Virus record (IMG/VR): IMGVR_UViG_3300025639_000016
Coordinates: 1 to 28,428 of that record
Length of the DNA stretch: 28,428 bases
Strand: one strand, 5' to 3'
Source: a virus
Taxonomy: Duplodnaviria > Caudoviricetes
Made by a program: the position numbers and the translations under genes. The notes below the pieces were generated by a model, which saw only the letters and a program-made list of their open reading frames with translations, ran no database searches and had not been told where the DNA came from. How positions within the stretch are numbered: the first letter of the stretch is position 1; each line of letters begins with the position of its first letter. Shown here one piece after another: positions 1 through 10,050 of the stretch.

Positions 1-3000
1 AGGACCTGTCTGACCAACATCACCTGTTAATGGTGTAGGTGTTGTCCATGTTGTAATATTAATACTACCAGGCTCGGTTTTACCCATAGAACACCAAACT
101 TTCTTACCTGTAGCTATAACAGCTAATGGTGTAGTTCGCCATGTATCAGTTTCACCCTCACTGTTCCACGTTCCGAATGTAGTATCATTTATTGTATGCG
201 TTCCAGCTGGTGCAGGAACACTTGTTTTATTCACACTTGCTTGAGTAAATGCAAACTCAAGACTTCCACCCTCTGCACCTTCGAGTGTTCGACCAGTATC
301 TTCCCATGAAAGTACACCAGCATTGTTTACTTTTTTCCAGACCGATTCACTAGCACTAGTATCTAAATAATGGTCATCTACTCTTCCTATTCCAGAGAAT
401 GCGTTGTTATTAGGATTACCTACACCATCATACCAACTAGTTCCTGCCATTTCTTGAACTAGTACTTCCCATAATTGTGTGTCTCTCTGATAAGTCCATA
501 TTGTCTCTGTTACACCATTACTAGCTTTCTGAACATAAAAGTCACCATCAGTAACAGGTCTAGTAAAAGTATGGCTATTAGGATCATCTGTATGAGATAG
601 ATGCCATACAGATGATCCTGTAGTACTTACCTCACTAAAAAACCAAGTTCCACCACCATCACCAGATGTATCGCCATTGTCTTTATAAGCTGTTATTGAA
701 TAAGTATAATAACCTTCTGCAGTTGTTGGTAGAAGTGGATCTTTCTGCCAACCTTCATAATAATCACCAGTACTATTATTTGTCTCTACATTTTTAGGAC
801 TTGGGTTGCCGTCACCTGATACTACATTAGCTAGTTTGGTTGGTACGGCTTCACTAGCTAATTGTGCTTCAGACCAGTACAATGTCATTGACTGATCCCC
901 ATCGTTACCTCTTAGACTCTGAATACTCTGAACCCAAGTTATTGTAGGAGGATTTGTAGTCTCATCAACATTAAGTGTATAAGCAGATTCTTCCTCTGGC
1001 TGAGTTCGTATATACATAGAACCATTAACATAATCTAATCGTTCTGCTGTGTTTGATACAGTACATGCTATAGGTTCACTCTGGCCCTGTGCATTTAACG
1101 AATCAGCACAAATACCATATGTAGCTATATCACCAACTGTAGGGTCTGCATGACCGTAAAACCATCTTTCGGAGTCTCCTACTTTCCCTGCCAAGTCAAT
1201 AGAATTTCCATAAGCTAGGAAATTCTTACCAAATGCATACCATGTATTAGGATCTGTACCTGGTACTGTTCCTATACTACTAGTTAAAGCTACATAAGCT
1301 GTACTATTATGGGATACACTATCACCTGTTTTATATGATTCAGTAGAGGAGTACACATCACATGCAGAGGCATCTACTGAATTTGTAATAGAGTCCCATA
1401 CAGCCTTTCCAGGTAATGAAGTCCCTCTATGATATGATATGTTTGTACCTAATATAATATATTCAGATGGATTATATGCAGGCATTTCAGTCACCCACAC
1501 ATCATCTGACCCAACAGAACTGTTACCCGCATTAGGAGTATCTATTATAGGAAGTGGATTTGGCTCTGATGGTGTTCTTGTCTGAGTTAACCGCCTTGCT
1601 GTAAGTAACTCTGCATTAGCAGCCGCAACTGCTAAATCGGAATTAGCACTACTGGCCTGACCTTCGGTTGATGGTAAATGCCAAGTACGATAAATCCAGT
1701 CATATTCTTTACCTTTTATGTCCATTTCCCATAAGGATACTGCGTTAGTTAAAGTAGCATCAACAGCATCTACTAGAAACTCCCAAATTTCACCATTTAG
1801 TGAGTCGACATACTGATCACCTCTTCTTACAATTGTACCCACTAGTGTTGATGGTGCGGTAAAACTATATCGTTGAGTTCCATCTGGGTTTAAATCACCT
1901 ACTAATTGAATTGTAGGAGCGTTTACACCACTATAGAATTTAGACCCATCATCACCGGCAGGACCTTGATTACCTACTACCTCTGCAGATATATCCCAAG
2001 ATGCTGTGGGAATAATCCGAGAATAGACACCTGACTTACCACTTACTGTAACCTCAGTCCAGTTAGCGGATAATATACTTGGATTCTCATATTGCTCTAT
2101 AGCACGATCATCTCTATCATGAGTAGTAGCTTGTATACATTCATAAGTTCTTCCGTAATATACAACATATCTACCAATAGAGTAAGATTCCCAAACACTC
2201 CAAGCTTTAGGATAAATTGCATTACTTGTTGCTTTATAGTGTGGGTCATCGTCCACCCAAAGACTACCAGAATTGTCAGTAGAAAATGTATTATCACTAT
2301 TTAAATTATTCCGTGATGATATAAACCAGTTTCCTGCTGTAGGAATGTCATGTATTATATTAGTATCAACGGAATTACCGTTAGTATCTATTTCACTAAA
2401 CTCATAGAATGTATTTGGTGAAACAATTGTTGGTTCAGCTGCGCCTAATAATGTACGAGTCCAAAGTGAAATTTCTTTAATAGTTTGCCCTTCAACACCA
2501 TCAACTCCATTATAACCATTTTCGGTATGCTTAGCATCTGGGAATATATTGTCAGGAAACCAAGCCAACGTTGTGTCAACATTATCAGTTTCTTTGATAA
2601 TAGAAGATGCTGATGATTCAATAACATATAAGTTATGATCATGCGATTTGGCATCTGTTGATGTCAGCATCTGGGAATACCAAGATCCAGTCTCGTCAAT
2701 TATATCTTTAGGAGATCCTAAATAATACCCAATGTATTTTGGATCAATTCCAGTGAAATCTCCACCTGCATCAATTCTAGCTTGAGTAATTAGTCTATTT
2801 TCATTTGTTGCTATAGAATAATCACTACTAGGTAATCCACCAGCTCTAGCAGTAGCATCAAAATCAGCTGCTGAATAAAATGTAGATGCGCTACCGTGAC
2901 CTGTTGTAGGTGCTTCCAGTCTAACTAAGTCTTTAGGAGTTTGTGGCCATCTATGCCATACAGTACCACCTGCAGTATAACTAAATTCTAACTGGTCAGT

Positions 3001-4602
3001 ATCGAAATTAAATCGTACTGGAAGTGGTGTTGAACCTACACCGTTAATAGGATGTACCTCAACTCCAGCTTCAACGTCTGTTAATCTTTTATATAACCTT
3101 AATATCTGAAAGTTTGTTGAGTTTTCACCATCAGTACCAGATCTTAATACCATGCCCCAGTCTATTGCAGTACCTGTTGCTGTACCATCATCTGTATGAT
3201 ATGCAGTACCTGTTGGACCCTCAGCAGAAAAGTTTACAGTAGCATAAAACAAAACACCCTGATCTCTGTCGTTTTCATATGTTGTAGTTCCACCTGGTAG
3301 AGTAGCGTCCTTATAATTTGTTACCCATTCTCGACCAGCGGCATCACCAGCACCAGCCGCAATACCAGTTAATGCACCCTCACCAGTAAAAGTATACACT
3401 CCTCCTATAGGAGAACTGGGAGTAGTATTTTTATCAGGTGATAATGTATAGACGTTTATTCTAGCACTTGACTTACCATCATTACCATCACCTGCCAAGT
3501 CTTGTCTTACAGGAGAAGACCAATCAGGGATATTATACAATTTAGTACCTATCGAAACATTTGCACCGCCAATTTCTACTTCTACTAGATTCCAACAACT
3601 ACCATTTAAACCATTACCAACAGGTTGTAATTCTGTAAAATTATAACCATTAATAGAAATTCTATAATTATTGTAAAATGAGGTATAAAAGCCTGGTGTA
3701 ATTCCTGGATCTGATGAATATACTAAACTAGTATCCTCAGTATAGTCAGGTGGTATCGCTGCATAATTAGAGGAGATATCTAAAGTTAATTGAGTACCGG
3801 CAACAGGATCTAATGTATATTCATAAGTATTATTATTAAATATTACTCTATCACCAAGTTGGTATTCTTTACTTTGGTTATAAGTATGAAGAGATTCAAT
3901 TATAGTAGTGGAAACCCAAAGTTTTTCCAGAGTTATTTCGGCAGGGTCAGAACTTAAAGGTAAAGGAGTTGTTGTAGACCATTCTGTAGGTGGTGTAAAT
4001 GCTGAAGGTCCGGAACCTAGTAAATCAAATATAGATCCGTTATTAGTATCAGGTATATTAGGAGGTGTTGCTTGGTTATGTTCTGTTCTATAATATACTT
4101 GAAGAGCCATCCTAAAAATTCCATCATCGGCATCCATACCTTGAACACCATTAATACCTGTAGTTCCTGTAGGTCCTACAACAATATCTTGGAAGAATGC
4201 ATCAATATCAGTATTACCATTAGCGTCACCACCATTCTGCTGCCAATAAGCATATAGACTATCTATACCTTCAACGGAATCAAATATACCAGAAAACCCA
4301 TTAGCAGATCCACCAGATCCAGATCCACCAATAACAGTAAATGTTAAATGGTTTTGAGCTGCGTTATAAACAATATCAATACCATTTTCGGTTGATGACC
4401 CGATCATAGCACCTACTATATCCTTTATCCGGTTTTCATCAATATTATTACTTTGTAGTTTTAATAATTCGTCAACAATAGTAGATTCTAATGTTACTGT
4501 AATTTTGTCCGTATCACCTATAGCGGCAGCTAATTGATTACTTTTAGTCTTCCATTCTTTAAAAGTATCCCAATCATTAATAACTATATGGTTATTATTC
4601 AT
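1..4602 (-). CDS. Giant tail fibre/adhesin-like virion protein, at least 1534 aa, 3' end beyond the window
   Basis: Translated by hand. ATG at 4602 overlaps the upstream TGA (ATGA), and the frame is open to base 1. It starts MNNNHIVINDWDTFKEWKTKSNQLAAAIGD, resembling the DTFxxWxxKxN start of T4-like fibre proteins. It has short G-X-Y runs, Trp/Pro/Thr-rich beta modules and CBM5/12-like motifs. Absent from the ORF track, presumably because it has no stop in the window. Confidence 0.85.
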   Translation of the reverse strand, partial: MNNNHIVINDWDTFKEWKTKSNQLAAAIGDTDKITVTLESTIVDELLKLQSNNIDENRIKDIVGAMIGSSTENGIDIVYNAAQNHLTFTVIGGSGSGGSANGFSGIFDSVEGIDSLYAYWQQNGGDANGNTDIDAFFQDIVVGPTGTTGINGVQGMDADDGIFRMALQVYYRTEHNQATPPNIPDTNNGSIFDLLGSGPSAFTPPTEWSTTTPLPLSSDPAEITLEKLWVSTTIIESLHTYNQSKEYQLGDRVIFNNNTYEYTLDPVAGTQLTLDISSNYAAIPPDYTEDTSLVYSSDPGITPGFYTSFYNNYRISINGYNFTELQPVGNGLNGSCWNLVEVEIGGANVSIGTKLYNIPDWSSPVRQDLAGDGNDGKSSARINVYTLSPDKNTTPSSPIGGVYTFTGEGALTGIAAGAGDAAGREWVTNYKDATLPGGTTTYENDRDQGVLFYATVNFSAEGPTGTAYHTDDGTATGTAIDWGMVLRSGTDGENSTNFQILRLYKRLTDVEAGVEVHPINGVGSTPLPVRFNFDTDQLEFSYTAGGTVWHRWPQTPKDLVRLEAPTTGHGSASTFYSAADFDATARAGGLPSSDYSIATNENRLITQARIDAGGDFTGIDPKYIGYYLGSPKDIIDETGSWYSQMLTSTDAKSHDHNLYVIESSASSIIKETDNVDTTLAWFPDNIFPDAKHTENGYNGVDGVEGQTIKEISLWTRTLLGAAEPTIVSPNTFYEFSEIDTNGNSVDTNIIHDIPTAGNWFISSRNNLNSDNTFSTDNSGSLWVDDDPHYKATSNAIYPKAWSVWESYSIGRYVVYYGRTYECIQATTHDRDDRAIEQYENPSILSANWTEVTVSGKSGVYSRIIPTASWDISAEVVGNQGPAGDDGSKFYSGVNAPTIQLVGDLNPDGTQRYSFTAPSTLVGTIVRRGDQYVDSLNGEIWEFLVDAVDATLTNAVSLWEMDIKGKEYDWIYRTWHLPSTEGQASSANSDLAVAAANAELLTARRLTQTRTPSEPNPLPIIDTPNAGNSSVGSDDVWVTEMPAYNPSEYIILGTNISYHRGTSLPGKAVWDSITNSVDASACDVYSSTESYKTGDSVSHNSTAYVALTSSIGTVPGTDPNTWYAFGKNFLAYGNSIDLAGKVGDSERWFYGHADPTVGDIATYGICADSLNAQGQSEPIACTVSNTAERLDYVNGSMYIRTQPEEESAYTLNVDETTNPPTITWVQSIQSLRGNDGDQSMTLYWSEAQLASEAVPTKLANVVSGDGNPSPKNVETNNSTGDYYEGWQKDPLLPTTAEGYYTYSITAYKDNGDTSGDGGGTWFFSEVSTTGSSVWHLSHTDDPNSHTFTRPVTDGDFYVQKASNGVTETIWTYQRDTQLWEVLVQEMAGTSWYDGVGNPNNNAFSGIGRVDDHYLDTSASESVWKKVNNAGVLSWEDTGRTLEGAEGGSLEFAFTQASVNKTSVPAPAGTHTINDTTFGTWNSEGETDTWRTTPLAVIATGKKVWCSMGKTEPGSINITTWTTPTPLTGDVGQTGP

Positions 4603-4781
4603 TTATTACTCTCCAATATTGTTTTTATTTGCCTTTTTAATAGGTCAACTTCTTTTTTAAGTTTATATACTTCAGTCTGTAACTTCAACTGGTTTTTATA
4701 TTTATCTACTTTATTGTTATTCTTTAGTATGATAGCACCGGAATTATCCCGAATATAATCATTATGACCTTCTATTCTCAT
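4599..4781 (-). CDS. Small 60-aa protein with C-terminal coiled coil, of the type that follows VrlC-like genes in marine T4-like phages
   Basis: IEGHNDYIRDNSGAII N-terminus plus heptad-like tail. ATGA overlaps with both neighbours imply translational coupling. Confidence 0.75.
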   Translation of the reverse strand: MRIEGHNDYIRDNSGAIILKNNNKVDKYKNQLKLQTEVYKLKKEVDLLKRQIKTILESNK

Positions 4782-7700
4782 ACGCCAGCAATAGCTCTAA
4801 AGTTTCTTATAAATGGTATAATATGTTGTTTTGTAGAAAACATTTCTATCTTAATCCTAAAAACAGTAAATTCTTGTATTTCACCACTTTCTAAGTGTGC
4901 TTCATCTAATGTATTATTATTATCTAAAGTACCTTCTGGAAAGTCAACTATATCAACCCAATCCCCATTTCTTTTATATTGATATTTTACCTTAATAGTA
5001 CATTCAGTAGGACAATGGTAATCTAAAAATACATCTATATTATTTGATGCGTTTGCTAATACTATAGGTTTAGTAATATAAGATGCTAAAACCTCAGTAT
5101 CATCTATAACAGGATTTATAGTAATATAAGACATTCTATCTAAATCAACAATAGGTGATACTAAATCATTATCACTATATAATGAACCTGTTATTTTACT
5201 TACCTTAGGAGTTATACTAGTATCTTTGTTTGAAGATACAGTTAATACGTTATTAGTATCTGTATGGGTAACATTAGCATCTATATTTAAATATGCTGTT
5301 CCACTATTACTATTAAGTGCATGCTCAGAAACCCAATCTATACTAGTACCATTAGGCTCTATCTGAGCAACACCGAAATAGAATTCTGAGTAGGGTATAG
5401 AATATGTAGATAACACATTATTTCCACCTACTTGCATTGTTCCCCATTGGGTAGGTGTATTAACTGATGTATTAGTATTAACTGACCGAAGCCCTGAATC
5501 TAATTCTATATAATATTCATTAATAGAATTAACACCTTTTATTACATGGGTTGTGTTTAGTAATGATGGTGCAAACCCAGATATAGTATCTGATACATTT
5601 AAAGATATAATACCATCAAGTTTTACATTATCATCAACTTTAAATCCATGATTATCCTGTTGTACAAATACTTTAGTAATATTACTGTTAGCAACATTTG
5701 CTACAGATTGAACAGTAATTGGATTATTTTTTAATCTAATATATTCAGGAATATCAGAGATAAGTTTAACTGTACCATTAGAGGTAGTGTCAAATACTGC
5801 ACGTGATATTGAGAATGGAATATCTGACTCCGAATCAGGTTCCCATGTTGAAGCATTTTGTGATTTAAACATCACCCCTGTATGTAACTGACTTGCTGAT
5901 ATTTCATTAGTAAAGAATGAAGGTTCACCTATTCTATGATACCATATTTCGTAGTTATCTGTATTAGCTATCAATACAAAACAATATTCTACACCTGGTG
6001 CTAAATGAACTAATGAATCGAACTTAAATTCAGTGGCCATTTCTAGACCTGTAGCATATTTCTCTTCTTCAGTCAAGTTACCCCAACCTGATGTTTTATG
6101 TGTAATCTCAGTTACTTGATCTGGTGTCAACTCAACTCTAGAAAAAGGAAGAACCTGTTGTGTAGGTATACCGTTTTGCATTTCCCTTATTTCTAAGGTA
6201 ACTGGTATATTCATATCCTTTCTTTTAAAATATACTGATATAGAAGTTGCAAATAAACCTTCTGGGTATTCAGCTCTTTTAAGAACAAATGACTGTGCTA
6301 AAGGATCTCTGTGTCTAACATCCATTGTTACATGATCACGCTCACCTGTTACTTCTGATGATGTGATAATAGGTAACCTTGTAGATAATGATGTATTTTC
6401 TACATTCTCTATTAAACCTGTTGCAGAATAATCAGCTGAAGCTGTAGTAGTTTCTAGATGTCTATGACCTGTGTCTGATAATCTAAAAGTTTTAGTTCCT
6501 GTATTAAACTTAATAATATCATTATTAGGTAACCAAAAAGAACCTGTTATAGCACCTGCATCATCAGACATTAGTTCATTAACACCTGCAGGATGTGTCC
6601 CTGCACCTATATAAGGAATTGATGCCCAATTTGCACCATAGTTCTCTACCATTAAATCAGCAGGGTAATCACCAGTTGCATTATGATCAATAAATACTGA
6701 TTCACTTCTACAATAATGTGTTACATTAATATTATCAAAAAATGCAAATAATTTAGTATTAGGTTTTAAACCAGTTGCTTTAAATGATATTAAACGCGCT
6801 CTCATGAATGGAGCTAAATCAACAGATACTACTCTATCACCCATATCTGTAACTTCATTCGTTTCAGTTAAGACATTTGAGATACCCGATCGGGTCTGAT
6901 CCTGGTGTGTAAATCTAGTAAGAGTATTTCCTATCCATTCAGGTACAGCATTTCTATCTTCGGCAGATCCTGATACACCTGTCCAATGTGTTTCCCATTC
7001 ATTCCATACAGTACCTATAGAACTTTGATCTATTAAAGGTAGCATAGCGTCATATAAACTATTTTGTGTAAACACAACATCAGGTTTACGGTTTGTATCT
7101 TTCCAGTCATCAGTAGCTGGTGATATGGTTACATTGCCAGTAAAATCAAATACATTAAATGGATTTACATTAATAAAGTTAGTAGCATTTAATACTGAAA
7201 CAGAAACTTCTCGTGTAGATTCATAGTCTAATGTTAAAATATCTCCAGTTTTTCTAATATTAAGATCTGACTCAGGAGGTAGTGGGTTTTCTATAAGATT
7301 TGTAAAACCCGGGAAATCTTCCCATTTAAAAGGTATATTACCTTCTATAAATCTAGGACCTAGTGCATTCATTTCTGGCCAGACAGAGCATTTATAATCT
7401 GGATTAGTTGTATCACCACGGCCGTGTGTTGTAAAATCATCTACAATAAATCCAGCTTTAAGTCTATTACCTATATTATCAGACATTGCTTGATTTTCTA
7501 ATAACGACAATGAAGTGTAGTATTCTAACCGATCTACTCTAGACTCAATCTTACCTACATCACGCATTGTATAACGTTTGTTATTTATTCGTTTAATATC
7601 AATAAGAGATGCATCTAATGAATTAGCAGGTATTGTTAATTCATATAATTTAATTGTGTTTTTAGGAACTTTTCTGGCAACAGGTTTACTTGAAGGTGTA

Positions 7701-10039
7701 CCTTTAATTACAGAAAAAACACCGGATGTGTCTAAAACAATACTATCTTTTCTACCAAAAGCTACTGCAGTATTCACTTCTAATACAGATTTAGGCTCTA
7801 GAGAAATTGTAGAAGTAGAAGTGCTATTCAGTGCATTTGGTGACTCCCTTCTAAAATCAACTATATTACCTACTGATATTTCTTTTCCATATTTTTCTGA
7901 ATAGTATGTAGGTAATTTGGAATTATCTGTAATATCCTGATAAGATTCTCGTGTAAAGAAATCACTAGATCCTGAGTGCTTAAAGTATCTTAAATTTACA
8001 GTTAGTTGGTCGGGTAGACTACTACTAGAACTAGGGTTTAAATTTAATAATGACGGTTTATAATAATCATCAGTATAACCTCTATCTAAAATAAACTGTG
8101 ATTTATAGTCTGTAGTATCTTCAGGATCATCACCATTTACAACAGATAGTATATCATAAACATCATACTTACCTAGGTTTCCAGTTGCAGCACTAAAACT
8201 AACAACAGAAGCTTCAGTTAGTGTCTTAATTTTAGGATTTCTTTTATCAGCTGTCTCATTTACGGCAGCAGACGTAAATACAGTATCACCTTCTAAAAGA
8301 TTTGTATTATTAACTATTACTGTATTTGCCCCAGATCCTGACCCATTAACCGGACTTGGTATATTAGTTGCAGATAATATATAAGTACCTACTAGTTTTG
8401 TGTTATCTAGTGTATAACCAACTGGTACATCTAAAATAATAGTCGCTGCAGTACCATCGATACTATCAACTGTACCTTGCATAGCTGCCATGACAGAATA
8501 ATTAACTTGACCTGTTTTAGCTTCTGTAGAGTCTTCAGAAGTTGTACTTAATAAAGAGATTCCATTCTCTTTTATTTCATATATATTACCCGTTAATGCA
8601 GCTGTATCTATTTTAGAATAGCCTCCCACAGCAACATTAGCGTTAAAAATAACTTCGTTGGTTTCATTCTCTTGTCTGATTTGTAAACTATCTTTAAATT
8701 CATGTGGTATTGTATAGTTAGGCTCAAACACAAACTCTTTTATGTTTAGATTTAAATCAGCAGTATTACTAGGTATACTTGTTATAGAGATAATTCTAAA
8801 TTGCCCTACTACTGTAACCACATCATTATTAGTATAATATAATTCTAGTTTCTTTTCTGGTATATAATATCCAGTCAAATCTGATGTTACTGTAACAAAA
8901 GGACTTTGACCAACAGATACTGTTGTATTTAAAACTTCAGATTTTGTAGCTACTGGAATATCAAGAGGAATATCTGCAATAGTTTCTATCTCATATCCTT
9001 GTACATAAGCTTTAGATTTCCCTAACATTGTAGGAAAATTAGCACCATCCGATGAATTAGATATATTTAATGTAAAAGGTTTAATAGTATAATTACCAGA
9101 TTCATCTGCAGTTCTTCTAGCAAGTTCATCCGCTAAGATATTATAAGAAGTACGATCTACTTTCTTAATTACATTATTATCAGAGATTCTTAATAATTCT
9201 ATAAAGTTAGTATCCGATCTATTACCAGATAAAACAGAAATTAGCTCTGTTTTAATCTTTAATCTATCAGCACCTGATGCTCTAGCATTATTAGTACCTA
9301 GAGCAGTATCTCCTAATGTATGATCATCTGTAATATCTATAACTTCTTCAGTGACTTTTAAACCTACTGAATAATTATTCTCTTTACCTTCAACATTAGT
9401 TATAGTAGAATGAGAAGGAACAACAACAAACATTTTATTAATATAAAAAATACCTGATGTAATCGATGTTCTTGCTGCTTTATATATAACACCATTTTCT
9501 TGGTTATTACTTACTATAGTAATACCCTTAAACTGAGGTTTAAATCCTATTATTTCATCAGCTTGGAATAAAGATGTTTCTCTTTCTGGATTAGAAGATG
9601 TATAGGTTATATAAAGTCTATAATTATCACCAACAGCTAAAACATCATGAACTTTAGCCTTTAAAGGTGATTGTATAACATCGTTAGGATTTACTGGTGT
9701 TTCGTATATAACTTCATTTATTAAATTTTTAGCATCAGAGATAGGATTTAATGAACTTCCTGTTGTGTCTAATGTAACCGTAATATAATCTAACTGATTG
9801 TTATGAGTTATATGGCCAGGTAATACTAACGAACCCTCTTTAAAGAAGTGACTACCTACATGAGATAGTTGGTTCTGTAGTAATGATTGTATTTGTGTTA
9901 ATTCCCTAGCTTGAACCGCACTTCCTGGTTTAAATAAAATACGCTGGAATTTTTCTGCAGGTGTTAACCCATCAATACCTGGTATATGGATATCGTCATA
10001 ATAAGGAGCTGATGCACCTTTATAGCTATTATTTGCCAT
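4778..10039 (-). CDS. VrlC-like / DUF4815 large baseplate-associated structural protein (1753 aa)
   Basis: Motifs PYYDD...RILFKPGSAVQARELTQIQSLLQNQ, GADRLKI, LARRTADESGNYT, NKRYTMRDVGKIESRVDRLEYYTSLSLLE and DPLAQSF. Lies directly after gp8. Confidence 0.88.
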   Translation of the reverse strand: MANNSYKGASAPYYDDIHIPGIDGLTPAEKFQRILFKPGSAVQARELTQIQSLLQNQLSHVGSHFFKEGSLVLPGHITHNNQLDYITVTLDTTGSSLNPISDAKNLINEVIYETPVNPNDVIQSPLKAKVHDVLAVGDNYRLYITYTSSNPERETSLFQADEIIGFKPQFKGITIVSNNQENGVIYKAARTSITSGIFYINKMFVVVPSHSTITNVEGKENNYSVGLKVTEEVIDITDDHTLGDTALGTNNARASGADRLKIKTELISVLSGNRSDTNFIELLRISDNNVIKKVDRTSYNILADELARRTADESGNYTIKPFTLNISNSSDGANFPTMLGKSKAYVQGYEIETIADIPLDIPVATKSEVLNTTVSVGQSPFVTVTSDLTGYYIPEKKLELYYTNNDVVTVVGQFRIISITSIPSNTADLNLNIKEFVFEPNYTIPHEFKDSLQIRQENETNEVIFNANVAVGGYSKIDTAALTGNIYEIKENGISLLSTTSEDSTEAKTGQVNYSVMAAMQGTVDSIDGTAATIILDVPVGYTLDNTKLVGTYILSATNIPSPVNGSGSGANTVIVNNTNLLEGDTVFTSAAVNETADKRNPKIKTLTEASVVSFSAATGNLGKYDVYDILSVVNGDDPEDTTDYKSQFILDRGYTDDYYKPSLLNLNPSSSSSLPDQLTVNLRYFKHSGSSDFFTRESYQDITDNSKLPTYYSEKYGKEISVGNIVDFRRESPNALNSTSTSTISLEPKSVLEVNTAVAFGRKDSIVLDTSGVFSVIKGTPSSKPVARKVPKNTIKLYELTIPANSLDASLIDIKRINNKRYTMRDVGKIESRVDRLEYYTSLSLLENQAMSDNIGNRLKAGFIVDDFTTHGRGDTTNPDYKCSVWPEMNALGPRFIEGNIPFKWEDFPGFTNLIENPLPPESDLNIRKTGDILTLDYESTREVSVSVLNATNFINVNPFNVFDFTGNVTISPATDDWKDTNRKPDVVFTQNSLYDAMLPLIDQSSIGTVWNEWETHWTGVSGSAEDRNAVPEWIGNTLTRFTHQDQTRSGISNVLTETNEVTDMGDRVVSVDLAPFMRARLISFKATGLKPNTKLFAFFDNINVTHYCRSESVFIDHNATGDYPADLMVENYGANWASIPYIGAGTHPAGVNELMSDDAGAITGSFWLPNNDIIKFNTGTKTFRLSDTGHRHLETTTASADYSATGLIENVENTSLSTRLPIITSSEVTGERDHVTMDVRHRDPLAQSFVLKRAEYPEGLFATSISVYFKRKDMNIPVTLEIREMQNGIPTQQVLPFSRVELTPDQVTEITHKTSGWGNLTEEEKYATGLEMATEFKFDSLVHLAPGVEYCFVLIANTDNYEIWYHRIGEPSFFTNEISASQLHTGVMFKSQNASTWEPDSESDIPFSISRAVFDTTSNGTVKLISDIPEYIRLKNNPITVQSVANVANSNITKVFVQQDNHGFKVDDNVKLDGIISLNVSDTISGFAPSLLNTTHVIKGVNSINEYYIELDSGLRSVNTNTSVNTPTQWGTMQVGGNNVLSTYSIPYSEFYFGVAQIEPNGTSIDWVSEHALNSNSGTAYLNIDANVTHTDTNNVLTVSSNKDTSITPKVSKITGSLYSDNDLVSPIVDLDRMSYITINPVIDDTEVLASYITKPIVLANASNNIDVFLDYHCPTECTIKVKYQYKRNGDWVDIVDFPEGTLDNNNTLDEAHLESGEIQEFTVFRIKIEMFSTKQHIIPFIRNFRAIAGV

Positions 10040-10050
10040 TATCTATATTC

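Noticed and set aside
2533-2679. 14-bp direct repeat AGCATCTGGGAATA at 2533 and 2666
   Set aside because: Only two copies, in different frames, with no array or recombinase. Not CRISPR, DGR or a shufflon.
3166-3215. 14-bp direct repeat TGCAGTACCTGTTG spaced 36 nt apart
   Set aside because: It is in frame and simply encodes a repeated TGTA peptide in the fibre.
2092-4982. Small track ORFs at 2092, 2097, 2445, 3908, 4072, 4534 and 4764
   Set aside because: All are antisense or off-frame shadows of the fibre, 60-aa or VrlC-like genes.
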